Below are positions 1 to 13,144 of a DNA stretch of 64,000 nucleotides, one piece after another. Under the pieces are notes generated by a model. That model saw only the letters and a program-made list of their open reading frames with translations. It searched no databases and was not told the DNA's origin. Each line of letters starts with the position of its first letter. Positions within the stretch are counted from its first letter, which is position 1. A program made the position numbers and the translations under genes. Origin of the DNA: Lama guanicoe (lineage: Eukaryota); assembly GCA_013239625.1 (NCBI GenBank), contig MU053216.1, positions 2,570,943 to 2,634,942 of the forward strand, given 5' to 3'.

Positions 1-295
1 TTTTATTGAAGTCTAGTTAACACACAGTATTGTATCAGTTTCAGGTGTGCAACATAGGGATTCAACATTTATACACATTAGGAACTGACCACCACTGTGA
101 GTCTGGAGCCCGACTGTCCCCATGCAGAGTCACGGAAGCGCTGCTGGCTGTGTTCCCTGTGCTGCGCACTTCACGCCGTGACTCACTTACGTTGTAGCTG
201 GAGGTCTGGACCTCTTAATCCCCGCCACCTACTCCGCCCAGTCCCCCCCCCCAGCTCCCTCAGGAAGCCACCTGCTTGTTCTCTGTGTCTATGAC
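1..295 (-). mobile_element. LINE-1 3' end fragment (older eutherian L1MA-like)
   Basis: Starts TTTTATTGAAGT...GTTTCAGGTGTGCAACATAG...TTCCCTGTGCTG...TTGTTCTCTGTGTCTATGA, the reverse complement of an L1 3'UTR terminus. Confidence 0.8.
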
Positions 296-327
296 AAATC
301 TCGTATTTTTAGACCAGTGGATGAGTC

Positions 328-392
328 TGGAGATGATTTAGTTCAACCTCCTGTTTTAGAAATGAGGTCTTCAGGAGTTAGTGACTGTTTTA
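328..392 (-). mobile_element. MIR fragment
   Basis: TTAGTTCAACCTCCTGTTTTAGAAATGAGG resembles the reverse-strand MIR core. Confidence 0.45.
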
Positions 393-2047
393 GAAAATTC
401 CCCCCTCTTTTCTTCCTCTCTCTCCTCCTCCTCCTTCTCATCACCATGGCACCACCATCATCATCGTCATTCAGATCACGAGAAAGCAGCCAATGGCCAA
501 ATAAACACAACCTCAAGTTAATTTAGGCAATTTAAACGTCTCAGGTACTAAACTGAGAGGGTGTTTCTGAGGCAAACCTGGGATTTAAAAAAAATTCAAT
601 GTATTTCTTTTGGTAAACATTCTAGGCATTTTTTTTGAAATGATCTTATTTAATCCTAACAGACATTTCATACTGATCGAAAATTCTGCACTTCTAAAGA
701 TGTCCAAAATGTTAACGAGACTGAGATTAATAATCATGGTGCAACACATTGAATACTCATGCACATAAGTATTTCAATAAGAGGGAGGGTGAGGAGAAGA
801 CGTAGGATTCCATACGAATTCCTTTGCTTAACACGGTGATGCTGCATTCAGCTCGTCGCTAGAGGTTTTTGTTTCATGTGATGGAAAGTGAAGGAACGAG
901 TGATGGCGAGGATATTTCTCATTTCTTTGCGCGCTGAGATTTCAGCCTTGTGCTTTGTTTTCTCTGCTCTTTATTATAGACACACATATACAGATAGACA
1001 GAGATTTTTATTTTATGTGACCAAAGTAGCACGCCTAACTTATCTTCTCCCCAGTGTCCTTACATCCTGCCCACCAGGCTGGCCCTTGCTCACGTCTGTG
1101 TTTCCTTCTTATTCTTTTTTAGCCCTTCCCCAGCCTAGTCCTCTTATATTTTCTAACATAATTTCAATTCTTTCTTAAATTTTGAAACATTATTATTATT
1201 ATTTTTAATCCCCATAAAGTTCTTTCTCTTTGTCCTCTGCCGGTCTGCCCTGTTCTGGCCCCAAGAAGTGCCTCATATTTCAGCGTCTACACTCCCAAGT
1301 CCTTGCTTCAGCCGTGGAGTCTCTGAAACCAATGAACAATAGCAAACGCAGGGCAGCTTTTCAGAATACACACGGCCTCATTCGTGTATGTCTGAAAATG
1401 TGCGGTGCAAAAATTGTTACTTGTGCACGTGGATAAAATGCGTGTGGTACACTCGCAGGGACCCCAGGTTTTCTGTGTGAGTCCGTGTGTATGAGCACCT
1501 CTTTGATTCAACAAGGAATTAATTGAAATTGGCATGCGGGGACTAGTTATTTGTTCAGAATGGATCAAGATAAATAATAAAGACAGTGAAAATCAGAGCA
1601 TCTCCCTGCGATGTGGGAATGCAGAGAAAGAGCACGCAGATGGAAACATCAAAATGAGCTTCTCTTCAAACGTGGCCCAGGTCACCCTGCTTGTGAGTTT
1701 TGAGTTTCATCATGGGCTTAAAGACAGGCACAGAAAAGAGTGCCGGGCGGGAGTTAGAGGACAGACCACATGCAGATTCAAAGACTGTGAACTGTTAACT
1801 TTCGGAACAAAGTAAAGAGATTCCGTTGAAGGAATGAGATTAAAGATGCTTAAAGAATTTGAAATACATGACTAAAGGCGCTTTGCCAGGTCTCCTCCAG
1901 TTTGTTCCAGACCAGACAAAGAGCTGTATTGAAAGGGCAGCACTAGAAATGTTTCTGATGAAAGAGGCTGTTAAATGCTGTTACGGAAGCCAAGTATTAA
2001 ATCCTCAACGTCATTAATCATAGAATTTACATATATATATATAAAAA

Positions 2048-2498
2048 TGTAGTCAGTTTGTAGGGTTGTGTCAGTTTCTGGTGTACAGCATAATGTTTCA
2101 CGCAAATGATGCCACTGACATGGGCTTAATTTCCAGAATATACAAACAGCTCATACAACTTAGTAACAAAACCAAATAACCCAATCCAAAAATGGGCAGA
2201 AGACGTAAGCAAGCAATTCTCCAGTGAAGACATATGAATGGCCAATAAGCACATGAAAAAAGTCGTAACTGAGAGTTCGAGATTTGCAGATACTAACTAC
2301 CGTCTATAAAACAGGTAAACTACAAGGTTCTTCTGTAGAGCACAGGGAATTTAATATTTAATAACTTGTAACCTATCATGAAGAAGAATACAAAAAGGAA
2401 TATATGTCTGTGTATGTGTGACTGAAACATGATGCTGGACACCAGAAATCGGCGCAACATTGTAAACTGACTAGACTAAAATAAAAAATAATTTAAAA
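2048..2498 (+). mobile_element. Rearranged L1: inverted 3'-terminal piece, ORF2 C-terminal fragment, then 3'UTR/polyA
   Basis: 2102-2261 translates (with frameshift and stop) to ANDATDMGLISRIYKQLIQL..NPIQKWAEDVSKQFSSEDI*MANKHMKK, matching L1 ORF2; 2270-2498 is an L1 3'UTR ending in an A-rich tail; 2048-2100 is a reverse-strand copy of the L1 terminus. Confidence 0.85.
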
Positions 2499-4035
2499 AA
2501 TCATGGACTTTGTATTTCCTCATTCATGGCTGTGTATATGCAGTCCTTCCTATTAACGGGAGTTTATTCCATTTTGGTGGCTTCATGTGGTTCCCTGCAG
2601 AAGGAATTGTCTTAAGGATCCAGTCCAAGAAGAGCAGGATCGTCTCCAGATGCTCTTAGAGATTTGTGCCTTCCAAATCTGGATGTGTGTGAATTGGTGG
2701 CCACGAGGACGTCCAAACTTTACATCTGACCAAATCCTCTGATGTCGCCATAGTGTTTCTCTAAAACAGGAATATTTGGGCATTTAAAAGGCATTCAGAC
2801 TATCTTGAACGTTTCTTTCTCGTCTGTCCTGAGCCTTTGGGCTTGAAGTCTTATTGACTGAAACCAACGGATAGTAATTATGCTAAATTCAGCACACAGC
2901 ACTGGGAACCAGAAAGCAGCTGGAGCCTTGACCCAATCTTCAGTGCACGTAAAGGGCTGTGTCGCGCTCGCCTCACTGTGAAATGAGAAGACTGGACTAC
3001 ATTGCTCCACGTGCTCCCTCTCATGGAAATGCTTTAATCCTGGGAAGCTATTACATTTCAGACTCCAAAAGAGCCGCATGCAAGGCACTGATGGCAGGAG
3101 GACTGTGGACCTTGTAGAGAGTTGTAGGCAAGAAGTAATGTTTACCAACATAGCCACTTCCCAGTGTGAACGGTCGCCTCCCAGAGGCTGAGCTGTAACC
3201 ACTCCCGGGCAGGAAAGCTCAGACAGGCCAAGCTACGCATCACACGTGAACTGTGAACGCTTGTAAAACACACAAAAACGTGTTACAAGAAATGAGTCAT
3301 TTAGCAACACAGAAAAGCAGTAAAACAGCATTTGGATGATCTTTTAGGCTGAAGTCAGCTCAGTTACAGTGCGACGTAGAAGTACGGAGCAACGTTAAGA
3401 AAACCACTGAAGAGCTTTCCTGTCACTCTTTAAAAAGAGAGAGATTGAGTTTCCTATGTTCAAGAAGTCGCTGGAAGACGGATGAGCAATGGAAGAAGAC
3501 TTAGGGATGAGTTAGGCTCTGTGTTAGTGACAGCTGGAGATGAACAGATCAGGGCTTTCCCTCTGGGACTCCCCCCAGTCATGGTACCTGTTTTGCTTAA
3601 GCAAGTTACCAACACATTTAAACTGTGACAAATTCACTGGAAGAAGAGAACATTACGAAAAACCACTGCTTGAAGCTATTCAGGAGTTTCATTTCTAGGT
3701 CATTTTCTGCTTTGTGCTTGTTTTTCCCCACGTATATTTCACAGTAAAACACGATTATTTACACAGAGGTGAGAGTTTGAGTGGCAGCCACAGTATTAAA
3801 TTGTTGAAGTGTGTTTGGTTTCAAAGTGTTCATAATGAAATGAGTCTGGTAGTCGATCAAATCTGGTGGAAGAATGATGAGTAAAACACAGAGTAACGAT
3901 GAAAAGCAGCAGCTGCAAAAACATGTCTCCGAAAGAGCGTTTCCAGAGTTTTCACTAAGGATGAAATATGTGGATATATATGGGAAATACATATGAAATA
4001 CTGAAATGCCAGAAGAAAAAAATAACTAAAAATAG

Positions 4036-4161
4036 GGGGGAGGGTGTAGCTCAGTGGCAGAGCATGTGCTCAGCAGGCACAAGGTCCTGGGTTCAGTCCC
4101 CAGTGCCTCCCCTAAAATAAATGAAATAAACCTCATTACCCTCCCCCCATTTTTTTTAAAG
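4036..4161 (+). mobile_element. tRNA-derived SINE, camelid Vic-1-like
   Basis: GGGGGAGGGTGTAGCTCAGTGGCAGAGCATGTGCTCAGC...GTCCTGGGTTCAGTCCCCAG with pol III A/B boxes and A-rich tail; 13-bp TSD TAACTAAAAATAG at 4023-4035 and 4162-4174. Confidence 0.9.
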
Positions 4162-4282
4162 TAACTAAAAATAGAAGACAGAACTAAACAAAACCAGAAC
4201 GTAACGATTTTGAGTATGGTTCAGAATAGGACCGTGGAAGTAGCACAGCATATTTAACAAGCAAAAATTGCAGAATTCAGCA

Positions 4283-4450
4283 CACCTGGGGTCAAAGCCT
4301 GCGTCTTGTGGTCTTTGGTCAAGAGCCTGGACCGCTGTGAGCAGAGCTGTCTCATCTGTAATATGCGGAGAGTGGCTCCAAGCTCACAAAATTTTCAAAA
4401 CAATTAAGTGAAATCACAAAAGCAAAGCAGTTCCTCGTAAGTGAGCACCA
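4283..4450 (+). mobile_element. MIR fragment
   Basis: CTCATCTGTAATATGCGGAG core and downstream AATTAAGTGAAAT resemble MIR consensus. Confidence 0.55.
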
Positions 4451-7400
4451 AGTTGGGAACCTTTATTGTATTATCATTTTTAATACTTATTATAAATGTT
4501 GGTATTTGCTATCTATCCCGTATCTATAAAGAGAAAACATAAATATTTTAATTTCAAGGCATTCCATAATAGTTCTATGAAATGACGACATGCTTCTTTG
4601 AATTCCTTTTGGTTTTGTAAACTTTTTTTTTTAACCTCCGTTGAAACTCATCTCATCTTTCGATATGATGAAGTGTAAGTCTTTATTTTAGAGATCTTTT
4701 CTGGGAAGATAGGTAGGTATGTGATTTGCAAAATGCACAGTGGACAGCTCTTGTAACCTTAAAACATTTTCCTTTCCCTGCCCCCCGTCACCGCCTCCTT
4801 TCTTGGTCACCAGTTGAGTACATGCAAACTCTCTGGCTTTAAAATGTTATCTATGTAAATTCTTCCATCACAGCTGGACAAGATGCTTTCAAGAGTTTTT
4901 CTGTTTCCTGTGTGGTGAGGCAGCTTTCCCCTAACGCCCGTTTCCCATCAGTACCACAAAGACCTACCTTCTCAACCACCGTTTCAACGGTCTCTTACCA
5001 CTTCCACCTTTCTGTAGAACATTTCATTTGGAAGGAGGCTCACAAGTATTTGTTCACTGGGCTGTTCAGACTGATAACATCTCTTGGGACTTAAACTCTG
5101 ATGCACAGTTCTCATCTGGGAAAAAAAAACGCAACTGTCAAACATCAGGAGATAATACCCAAAATGAAAACAAACTCTTTTCTGTTGCAAAGTCACTAGA
5201 TGGTTCTTTGTTTTGCTCTTTTGGAAAATGGAACTCTTAACATTTTTCTAAAACTCAAAACGAGAATGTTTTACTATTTATCTATTTGCTAACTTCTGTA
5301 GGATTTTAATCTAAGTAGATTCTAAATCATACACTTTATGAATGAACGTGTTGTTTTTGTAGTAGCAGCTATAGACCTAAGAATAGAAAATACAGTTAGA
5401 TTAACATGAAGACATAGATTTAAATTGTTAGAAGAAATGAGAGAATTATGTCTTTATTCTAGTAATATGAAACATGAACATGTCAAGGCATCTTTTGACA
5501 TGCCCTAAAACTTTAATCTAAAAATAAAATTACCCCATATTGACTGCAAAAGCAAGTTAGTAGAATTATGTCTGTGTTCTTTATAAAGAATATTGTGACA
5601 CAATCCCTATTATTCATAATAATGTGACCTGCTTATTTTAAAAATGCTGAGTTTATTTGAATTATTTTTCACCAACCCAGCAATTACAGGAGCTTTGCTG
5701 TTTAATTTTTGCTTGCTTTATAGTCTTTTCTTATGATTTTCATTCTATCATGAGTTTCCAAGATATTTTCAAGTAGATAAGTTTCGTAAGAATGAAAGCC
5801 AAGTTAGAAAATGTTGACTTCAAAATATTTGGTGATTCAAAAATCTGTATGGCTCACAATGACCCCCCTCCCCTAAATGCAGACACTGATAAGCAATGAT
5901 CAGCGCAGAATAAAAATATAAGCCGTTGTGCTTACGTCACAACGAAAGGCAGAACTGCGGGCGGCTGTCTGCACAGCTGGAAGCCGCGGAGAGCTTCAAA
6001 CGTGGACAGGCGCTCTGCACACGACTGCACACGCGCCCCCGTTTCTGCTCTCTGAGACGTTTGGGAATTTCTTGCTGAGATAAAGTTAAGCGGGGCTTCT
6101 TGTAGACTTCTCTGTGTTAACACTCTGAACGCCTCAGAGCAGAATGGAGTTCAGACCCCTTGATGCCCCTTGGAAGACTCCCACAGGCTTTGGGCTCTAC
6201 TGTTACAGAAAGCAACTACTGCAAATTGTTAATTCGATAACCACATTTAAATAACCACAAATTGTGGGGTTTTTTTTTTCACAGTTTGGTTCCTTCTCCC
6301 CTTCCTCAATGTTGTCACCTAAGTTTGGATTTTAAGCTTCTCTACCCATTTCTAGTTTTTTTTTCTTGTTCCCTTCTACTAATTTCATCATATTAACCTT
6401 TCTAATGCAGCTCTGATAAAGTCACAAATTTTTTTTAAGATTTGCAATGGGCTTCCTTTACTAATAATAATAATAATAAATGTTTTGAATGTAATCTGAT
6501 ATCCAAGAATGTGATCCCAATCAGCTCTCCAACATTTTTTCAAATGACTTCATTTCATGGCCCATTTATTTGAAGAATTAGCCTGATCACCAAACATGCC
6601 AGAGGTTTCTTCTCCCCGGTCTCGTCCTCATGTTCATTCATCTGTCTGAAAGACGCTCAACCAGTCTGTTTCTTCTGAAGCCCAGGATATTCCTTGGTTG
6701 GAATTTAACTGAAATCTTCCGCATAAAACTCTCAGATGCTTCTGTCAGTGTATAACCATCTCCTCACCTGCTCTGCCGTAAAAGTCCCTTACAAACCTTT
6801 GAGGCATGAATCGCAGTTGTGTGTGGCTGCCTCAACTGCCTGGCTGGACTGTAAACACCTTAGGATGGGGGTGGGGCGTGGAGGAGGGGTTCTGCTAGGC
6901 AGCTCGGAGGGTGGCTTTCGGCCGTGGTCAGTTGTGTGTGGAACGGGTTCAGGGCTGTCCACCTGGGAAGGGAGCTCGTTACCTCAGTGATCGCAGCCCT
7001 GAAAGATGAAGAGTGATGGCGTGTTCGCAGCATGTCGTCAGCAGAGCAGCTTTTATGGCTCCACCCTCTGTATGCGTCACCGCGCTGCGCCCGCGCGCGG
7101 AGTGGGGCTTTCAAATATCTTACGTGTCCTCAGATCTGTTTCTGATTTGTTGAATGGACAATAGGGGGAAAGTCCGATGCCCTAGGAGACTGCACATTTC
7201 TTTCTCCCCTTTTGCTGATGCTACCTCGGTCCTTCAGGAACCTAAATTACCCCAGCCCAGGTGAGTGCCTGCATCTTGAAAGCAGCTCCTGGGAGGGCAC
7301 CTGAGTGTGTCACACCGAAAGCCTCTGTTTGTGACCATGAGGCATTATTGTCAGTATCATTCTCCCTAGGACAGTGGTGACTCCAGGCAAACGAAGGAGC

Positions 7401-7673
7401 GGTTCCGGAACGCGGGCCCATCCCACCTCTAGGAGCACTAGGAGTGGAGCAGGAGAATCCACAAACACGGAGCAGTGTTTTCCACACAGGAGGAGTTTAC
7501 GCCTTGGGCCAAATCTCCCCAAACAACCCACGTGCTATCCAAGGAGGAGTGCAGACACCCACACACCTCTCCAGGAAGCCTCGGGGAAGGCACTGCGCCG
7601 TGTTCCCAACAGCTCAGAGCCTCTCTGCCGAGGGGGAATGAAAACCAAGACCTCCCTTTTTAACATGTCTTTC

Positions 7674-7812
7674 GGGAGGAGGGTACAGGTCAGTGGTGGA
7701 GCGCGTGCTCAGCATGCACGAGGCCCCGGGTTCAGTCCTCAGTGCTGCCATTAAAATAATAAATAAGTAAATAAAACCTAATTACCACCCCCAAAATAAT
7801 TAATTAAAAAAA
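7674..7812 (+). mobile_element. tRNA-derived SINE, camelid Vic-1-like
   Basis: GGGAGGAGGGTACAGGTCAGTGGTGGAGCGCGTGCTCAGCATGCACGAGGCCCCGGGTTCAGTCCTCAG plus AAATAAAACCTAATTACC tail; clearly homologous to the 4036 copy. Confidence 0.88.
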
Positions 7813-9929
7813 CCCTAATACTTCTCAGACTTTACCTTAGGTTCATAACAGACACGATTTTAATGGAATGAATATGTCCATGTGCAAGGTTTTCCTCCTC
7901 TCCTTAATTCAAAGCAATATTGATAACAGTAAAAATAGGAGAGCTATATGATTTGGCTCATCTCAGAAGATCGGCTTCAGAGTTACCTGTTACAGTCACA
8001 GGATTTTAGTCCCCCTGGTCTTGTCCTAATCCCCTGATAAAATCGACAGACGGTAGATTAATGTACATAACTTTTGTGTGCATGTGTGTACGTGTATATA
8101 TATGATGTGCCTCTTGCTAATGTGAATGCAGATTAGTCAGACACCTGGAATTAATTTAACAACCCTCTGAACTTTACGTAAATAGCCATTATCTGACTAG
8201 ATGATCTGAGTGGTTTCGGATGCCAGGATTGTCTGTGGTCCTGGCATAGGAAATTTGCACTGAGAAGATGACTTCCCGATGGGCTGTTTCTCTAGGGAGA
8301 GCAGTTTGAATTAAAGAGAAAAATGCCTGGTCAAACTCATTATCAAAAGTGCGTAATGGTAAATGGCAGCCCGTGGGAAATCCAAGGAGAATTTAATTTA
8401 TTTCTCTAATGAAGCAGCCAGTGTTATTATTTAAAACCAGTCCTCTTGTACTTTTGCCTTGTCTTGAGGCAAATATTTTAAGATGGGCTGTAAGTGATTT
8501 CTTTCTTTTAAAACTGACTCTGTTTGTCACTATTGTTGCCCTGAGTGATCTGGACATTATAAATAGGCAATTAAAAGGTAAAATTGGGGAATGAGATGGT
8601 TAAGATAAGCTCTAATTTAAAAAAAAATTATATTTTGTGGTCTAAAGAAGATTTTATAGCACTCTTTCCAAACAGTGCAAAAAGAAATTCGGCCTCACTG
8701 TCGACTGTTGCCTTCACATATTATAGAGGGTGACAGGCTGTCTTGATTATTCCATTTGGGACGATTAAATGTCATTTAATCTTTATGTTTTAGAAAGAAA
8801 GCCAGAGAGAAAAAGAACAGAGAAGAAATAAGTGAGTTAAGATCTCAAATGAAATGTTGATTTTAAATCGTGAATAAACACTAATGTTACAGTTTATATA
8901 ATCCAGATAATTTGGGGAGAAAGGTAATAGAGGGTCTCAAAAAATGGGATTTTTTTCAGCCATCAAGGGTAACTAACTATAAATGCAAAATACCATTAGG
9001 CTTCTGCAAGAATAATCATGAGAGTGTACATCTGTTGATTACTGAACAATTTATTCCACTTGGGTCCTGTGAAAAATCTTTGCACAGTACGGATCTTTTT
9101 AAAAAATTTAGGATCCTACTATACCACCCTACTGTAGCACAGCTGGTCTCTTGCTTAAAAATAAAAGTAAACTGAGAAATCTCTAGCTGCCAGAATTATT
9201 AGATATCACCATTGCCTGCCCTTCTTTTCTCATGCCACGTTATTTTCTTAATTGAATCTTGAAATTCTCTCAGAATGAACTCTTAGAATCTTCTATTCTG
9301 TCTTCCAAAATGAGAACCCAAATTCTAGCCTTCTTTTGCCTCCCTCAAATACTGTCTTCCAGCTTTCAAAACAAACTGCCCTGGATTCTCAATCTAGCAC
9401 AGTAGACCAGAAATAGACAATTTTATGCACATGTCAAGTATTGAAATCTAACTGAGAAAAGGAATAACCAATGGACATTATTAATCTCTCACTGGTATGC
9501 AATTCCACAGTCAGGAGCTGCCTTTGGTTCAAGCTTATCCTTTAATTTTATGGGTCATTAGTATTTCCTGAAGTCAGATACCACAACATACTGCCAAAAT
9601 CAGGGTGCGTAAGAACCATTCAGAATGAACACATTGCACCTGTAAGATGTATAAAAATATTGTTCTGGGGCTTACTTTTTTTTTTACTTCTAAATTATTT
9701 GATATAGCTATTAGATTAGATGAGATGGACTAAAAGCATCTGAATTTGCTTATATACTGAGAGCAGAGTTCCTTTTGGGGTTCCAGAAAGCAGCCTTAAG
9801 AAGCTGATACATTTGTTGCAAAATTAGTATTTTAAAACAGGGGGAAACTCTTTTCTGCTTAAGTTGACATGCAGTTCAGAACTAGCATGCAAATAGCATA
9901 AGCAGCTTTGTTCAAAATCAGCCTTTCTA

Positions 9930-10830
9930 CATGCGAGGTGATGATAACGCGCGTCCCCGAGCGGCCGTCAGCATGCGTCTTCGCGGGTCTGCAGACTTGG
10001 TACCTAAGTTTTGCACGGTCCGTACATCGCTTTAAATACCTGGTAATTTAACATCCGAGGAAACGGAGGCTCAAAGAAGTTAGATAATGTGAGTCAAGGT
10101 TAGACTTTTAACATTAGACCCACCCTGCCTGCTCTTGGATTTGGACAGAGGAGAGGCTGTGCCCAGGCGGAGACGGTGGCCCGGGAGCCCTGTCCCCCGC
10201 GCACTGAGGGCATCAAACCCGCACTCGGGGGTCCGTTCCAGGTGAACCGGGGTGCCGGGACCGTGACCCCCGGGACGTCCACCGCCGACCTTCAGCACAG
10301 TGTGCGCGTTTTAGCCGTTTGTCAGAGTTCCACCGTAAAATGGCCCACTTGAAGTACCTACCATTTCAAAGATGCAAGGTCTAAAAACAGACCTGTTCTG
10401 CATCCCGCAAGGGTCAAAACTTTAGCCTGTTTTAGGAGAGATGGCCTTCATTTGATTTCTTTTCGGGTCCGCGGTGGCGCGCAGGCTGAGCCGAAGAACG
10501 CTTGGGTGGAGGGGTGGGGGGCGCGGTCCCGCCAACGTCCAGCAGCGCTGACCGCGCCGCGCGCCGCCCCGGCCCTGCCCCTGGGGAGCCGCGTGCTGGT
10601 GAGAGCCGCCGGCTTCCTCTCCACACAGGCCCCTGGTTTTCCTTAATAAGCCCACAAGCACTATAGGAGTGTGCGGTTAACAGCATTACAAAGTGTAAAC
10701 CAGGCACTGCCCCTCATCCGTGCTCCCTCCCCTCTGTCACCTGCAACCCAGTGACCCAGGGGCGCTCCTCCCACTTCGGAGCCGTGGGGACGTGAGCCGC
10801 TCATCCCCGGCGGAGAAGTTTACGACTGAG
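9930..10830. promoter_or_regulatory. CpG-rich region (weak CpG island, core 10465-10620)
   Basis: Dense CG dinucleotides, e.g. CCGCGGTGGCGCGCAGG and ACCGCGCCGCGCGCCGCCCCGG; no coding exon seen. Confidence 0.55.
10050..10120 (-). mobile_element. MIR fragment
   Basis: GAGGAAACGGAGGCTCAAAGAAGTTAGATAA...CAAGGT matches reverse-strand MIR core. Confidence 0.55.
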
Positions 10831-10879
10831 CGAGAAAATCATGCTGGCGGGAAACTCTAGAATTTATGGGGAAAAGAAA

Positions 10880-10882
<3 letters not shown>

Positions 10883-10915
<33 letters not shown>
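10883..10915. repeat. (TG)n microsatellite, about 16 units
   Basis: Directly visible. Confidence 0.98.
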
Positions 10916-10917
<2 letters not shown>

Positions 10918-13144
10918 CATTAGACTTATATAAAACAGTCAAAGTTTGGGAGAGAAAGAACTGGAAAAACACTGCCCTTTTGCTCCAAATGGAGAAGAGA
11001 TTAAAGGAAAATGTAAGAATCTCTGAGAGCTTGGGGAACAAGAATGGCAGGAGGAAGCAAGGAAGGCAGACTCCAGTGAGGATGTCTTGGAAGGGCACAG
11101 GCCAGGGCTGGGGAGTGGCTGGTGGGACGCCAGGAGATAGGGAATTCAGAGAGGAGACCACCAACTTCTACGCGGGACCGGGGATGTGGACACAGCTCCA
11201 GATAATCCTGAACATCAGCAACAGGCGGTCTGAAATGTCCACATGCTGAATCTGGACAGATGGGATCTGACCAGCTCCTTGGACTGTCCTGTGCAAAGTG
11301 TTGTGCGGGGGCCCCCAGAAATTTCCCCTGCCTCTGAGAGGGGTGAGAAACGGTGAGGGGAGAGAAATTAGACGGAGGTGGGTAGAGGATGTGTGGATTA
11401 ATAGCAATGAGGCCAACTCCGTGGCTCCAGGAGGAGGGGAGTCAGCCAGCTCGTGGACACCAGCACGTGTCCCTCAACAGCAACCCCAAGACCTTGGGAC
11501 GCAATCTCCCTAAATTAGATGCATCCAAGGAAGAAAGAGGTTTGTCGGAAACTGGAGATGACTGGGTTAAACATGCATTTACATTTACTAAGTTTCCTCA
11601 ACGTCAACAATTGTTACGTTTGCTGATAATGAATTAGAGTCTCCTAACAGATTTGGTTGAATTATAAAAACAAAGAAATTTACGCTTTTTTATACCTAAG
11701 TGCTCTGTGGGGTCTACTGTCCACCTTGTAAATGTAACGCCCCAGGGCCGTCCCGCGCGGAGCGCTGTTGTTGAAGTCTAGACCACAGGGCAAGGCGGCC
11801 ATCAGGGTTTACACTTTGCTTTGTTTTTAAACTTAACTCTTTAACGATCTTCTCTCATTTCACTGACAAAAATCAGTGTGAGTTACTATATTTTTTATTT
11901 TAATATCAGTCGTATCAGAGAACTTGGCTTTCTGGATGGTTTAACAATATTTGAAGTTTCCCTCTTAGCAAAGGTCTGATCAAGGCTTTCTTTCTATGAA
12001 TGCATATAGTCTTTGAATGGTTTAACTAATAAAATACATTCGACCCAATTTTTCTAATAGCTCTAAAATGGGTCTCATTGTGGAAAAAGAGGACATTCCA
12101 AGAGAAGAAAGAGAAAACGCACACTTTACTTCCAATGTCTTTTTCAGCTACCTACTAACACCAGGTGGAAATAAGATACTACGTATTAATAAAATAAATT
12201 GTGCTTTGAAATAAAATCCTTTCACAGATATAAAACAAGCCTGTGGCTACAGTGGGGCAACTCTTAAATCCGCAGACACTCAGGCTGGGTGGACTAGGAA
12301 CACGCAGATGGAGTTTCCACCGCAGGCTGCCTGTGTAGCCCAACGGCCGAAGGGACAGAAGTGCTCCTGGGGTTTGCATCGCTTGGCTCGGGGGGTAACA
12401 CATCCAGGCGCTGAGCACAGAAGTGTACCTCTTTGTGGTTTCTTAAAAAAAAAGGCATTGAGTCATTTTAGATTAATAAAAGCAAAGAGGATTAATGGCC
12501 TTTTTAATCGGAAAGAAAATTCAGCTTTACCAGAGTCCCTTCATTACAGAAAATCTAGATGAGTTCAGACTGAATGGAGCATGATGGAAAGGAAGTCATG
12601 GGCCCACTTCGTGGCTATTTCAGAACGTCTCGCACCATCAAACAAGCAAGCACACACATAACTAAAGCGCGTGTTTCCACCAGGTGAAGCCGCGCCTCGT
12701 CTTTTTTAACAGCTATTCGGTTTCAGTCGTGATTTTCAGATCCTCCCCCCGCAGATGGTCCTGTGATGAGAGGGCTGTGTGTTGTGAAGGCACATCCCCG
12801 CCCAGCGCCGGGTCAGTGTTCCAGAAGCGGTCTGTGGTGGCAGAACGGAGCGCAACAAGGCCGCTCTCCACCCAAACGCTTCGCGGCTGCTGGTGCCGTC
12901 TGAGGCACAATGAGCTTTTGGTGAAGTCAGATCACATTTTGGAGACTTATTCTTGCTAAAAAAAAATCCAAAAACAAACAAACAAGCAAACAAACAAAAA
13001 GCCCATGGCTTTTCCACGTCTGCCTTGTCCGTCGTGTACCACTGCAAGGGGCTTGTGTGCGTCTGGAGCAAGACAAAGGGCTCTTCGTTGGTAAGCGTAG
13101 TTTCAGAAATCTATTCAGAATGCAGCAAATTAAAAATCTGGGCG

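Noticed and set aside
4036..4110. tRNA-Ala gene (also 7674-7750)
   Set aside because: Degenerate stems, extra 5' G-rich leader, shared non-tRNA tail and a TSD show these are SINE copies
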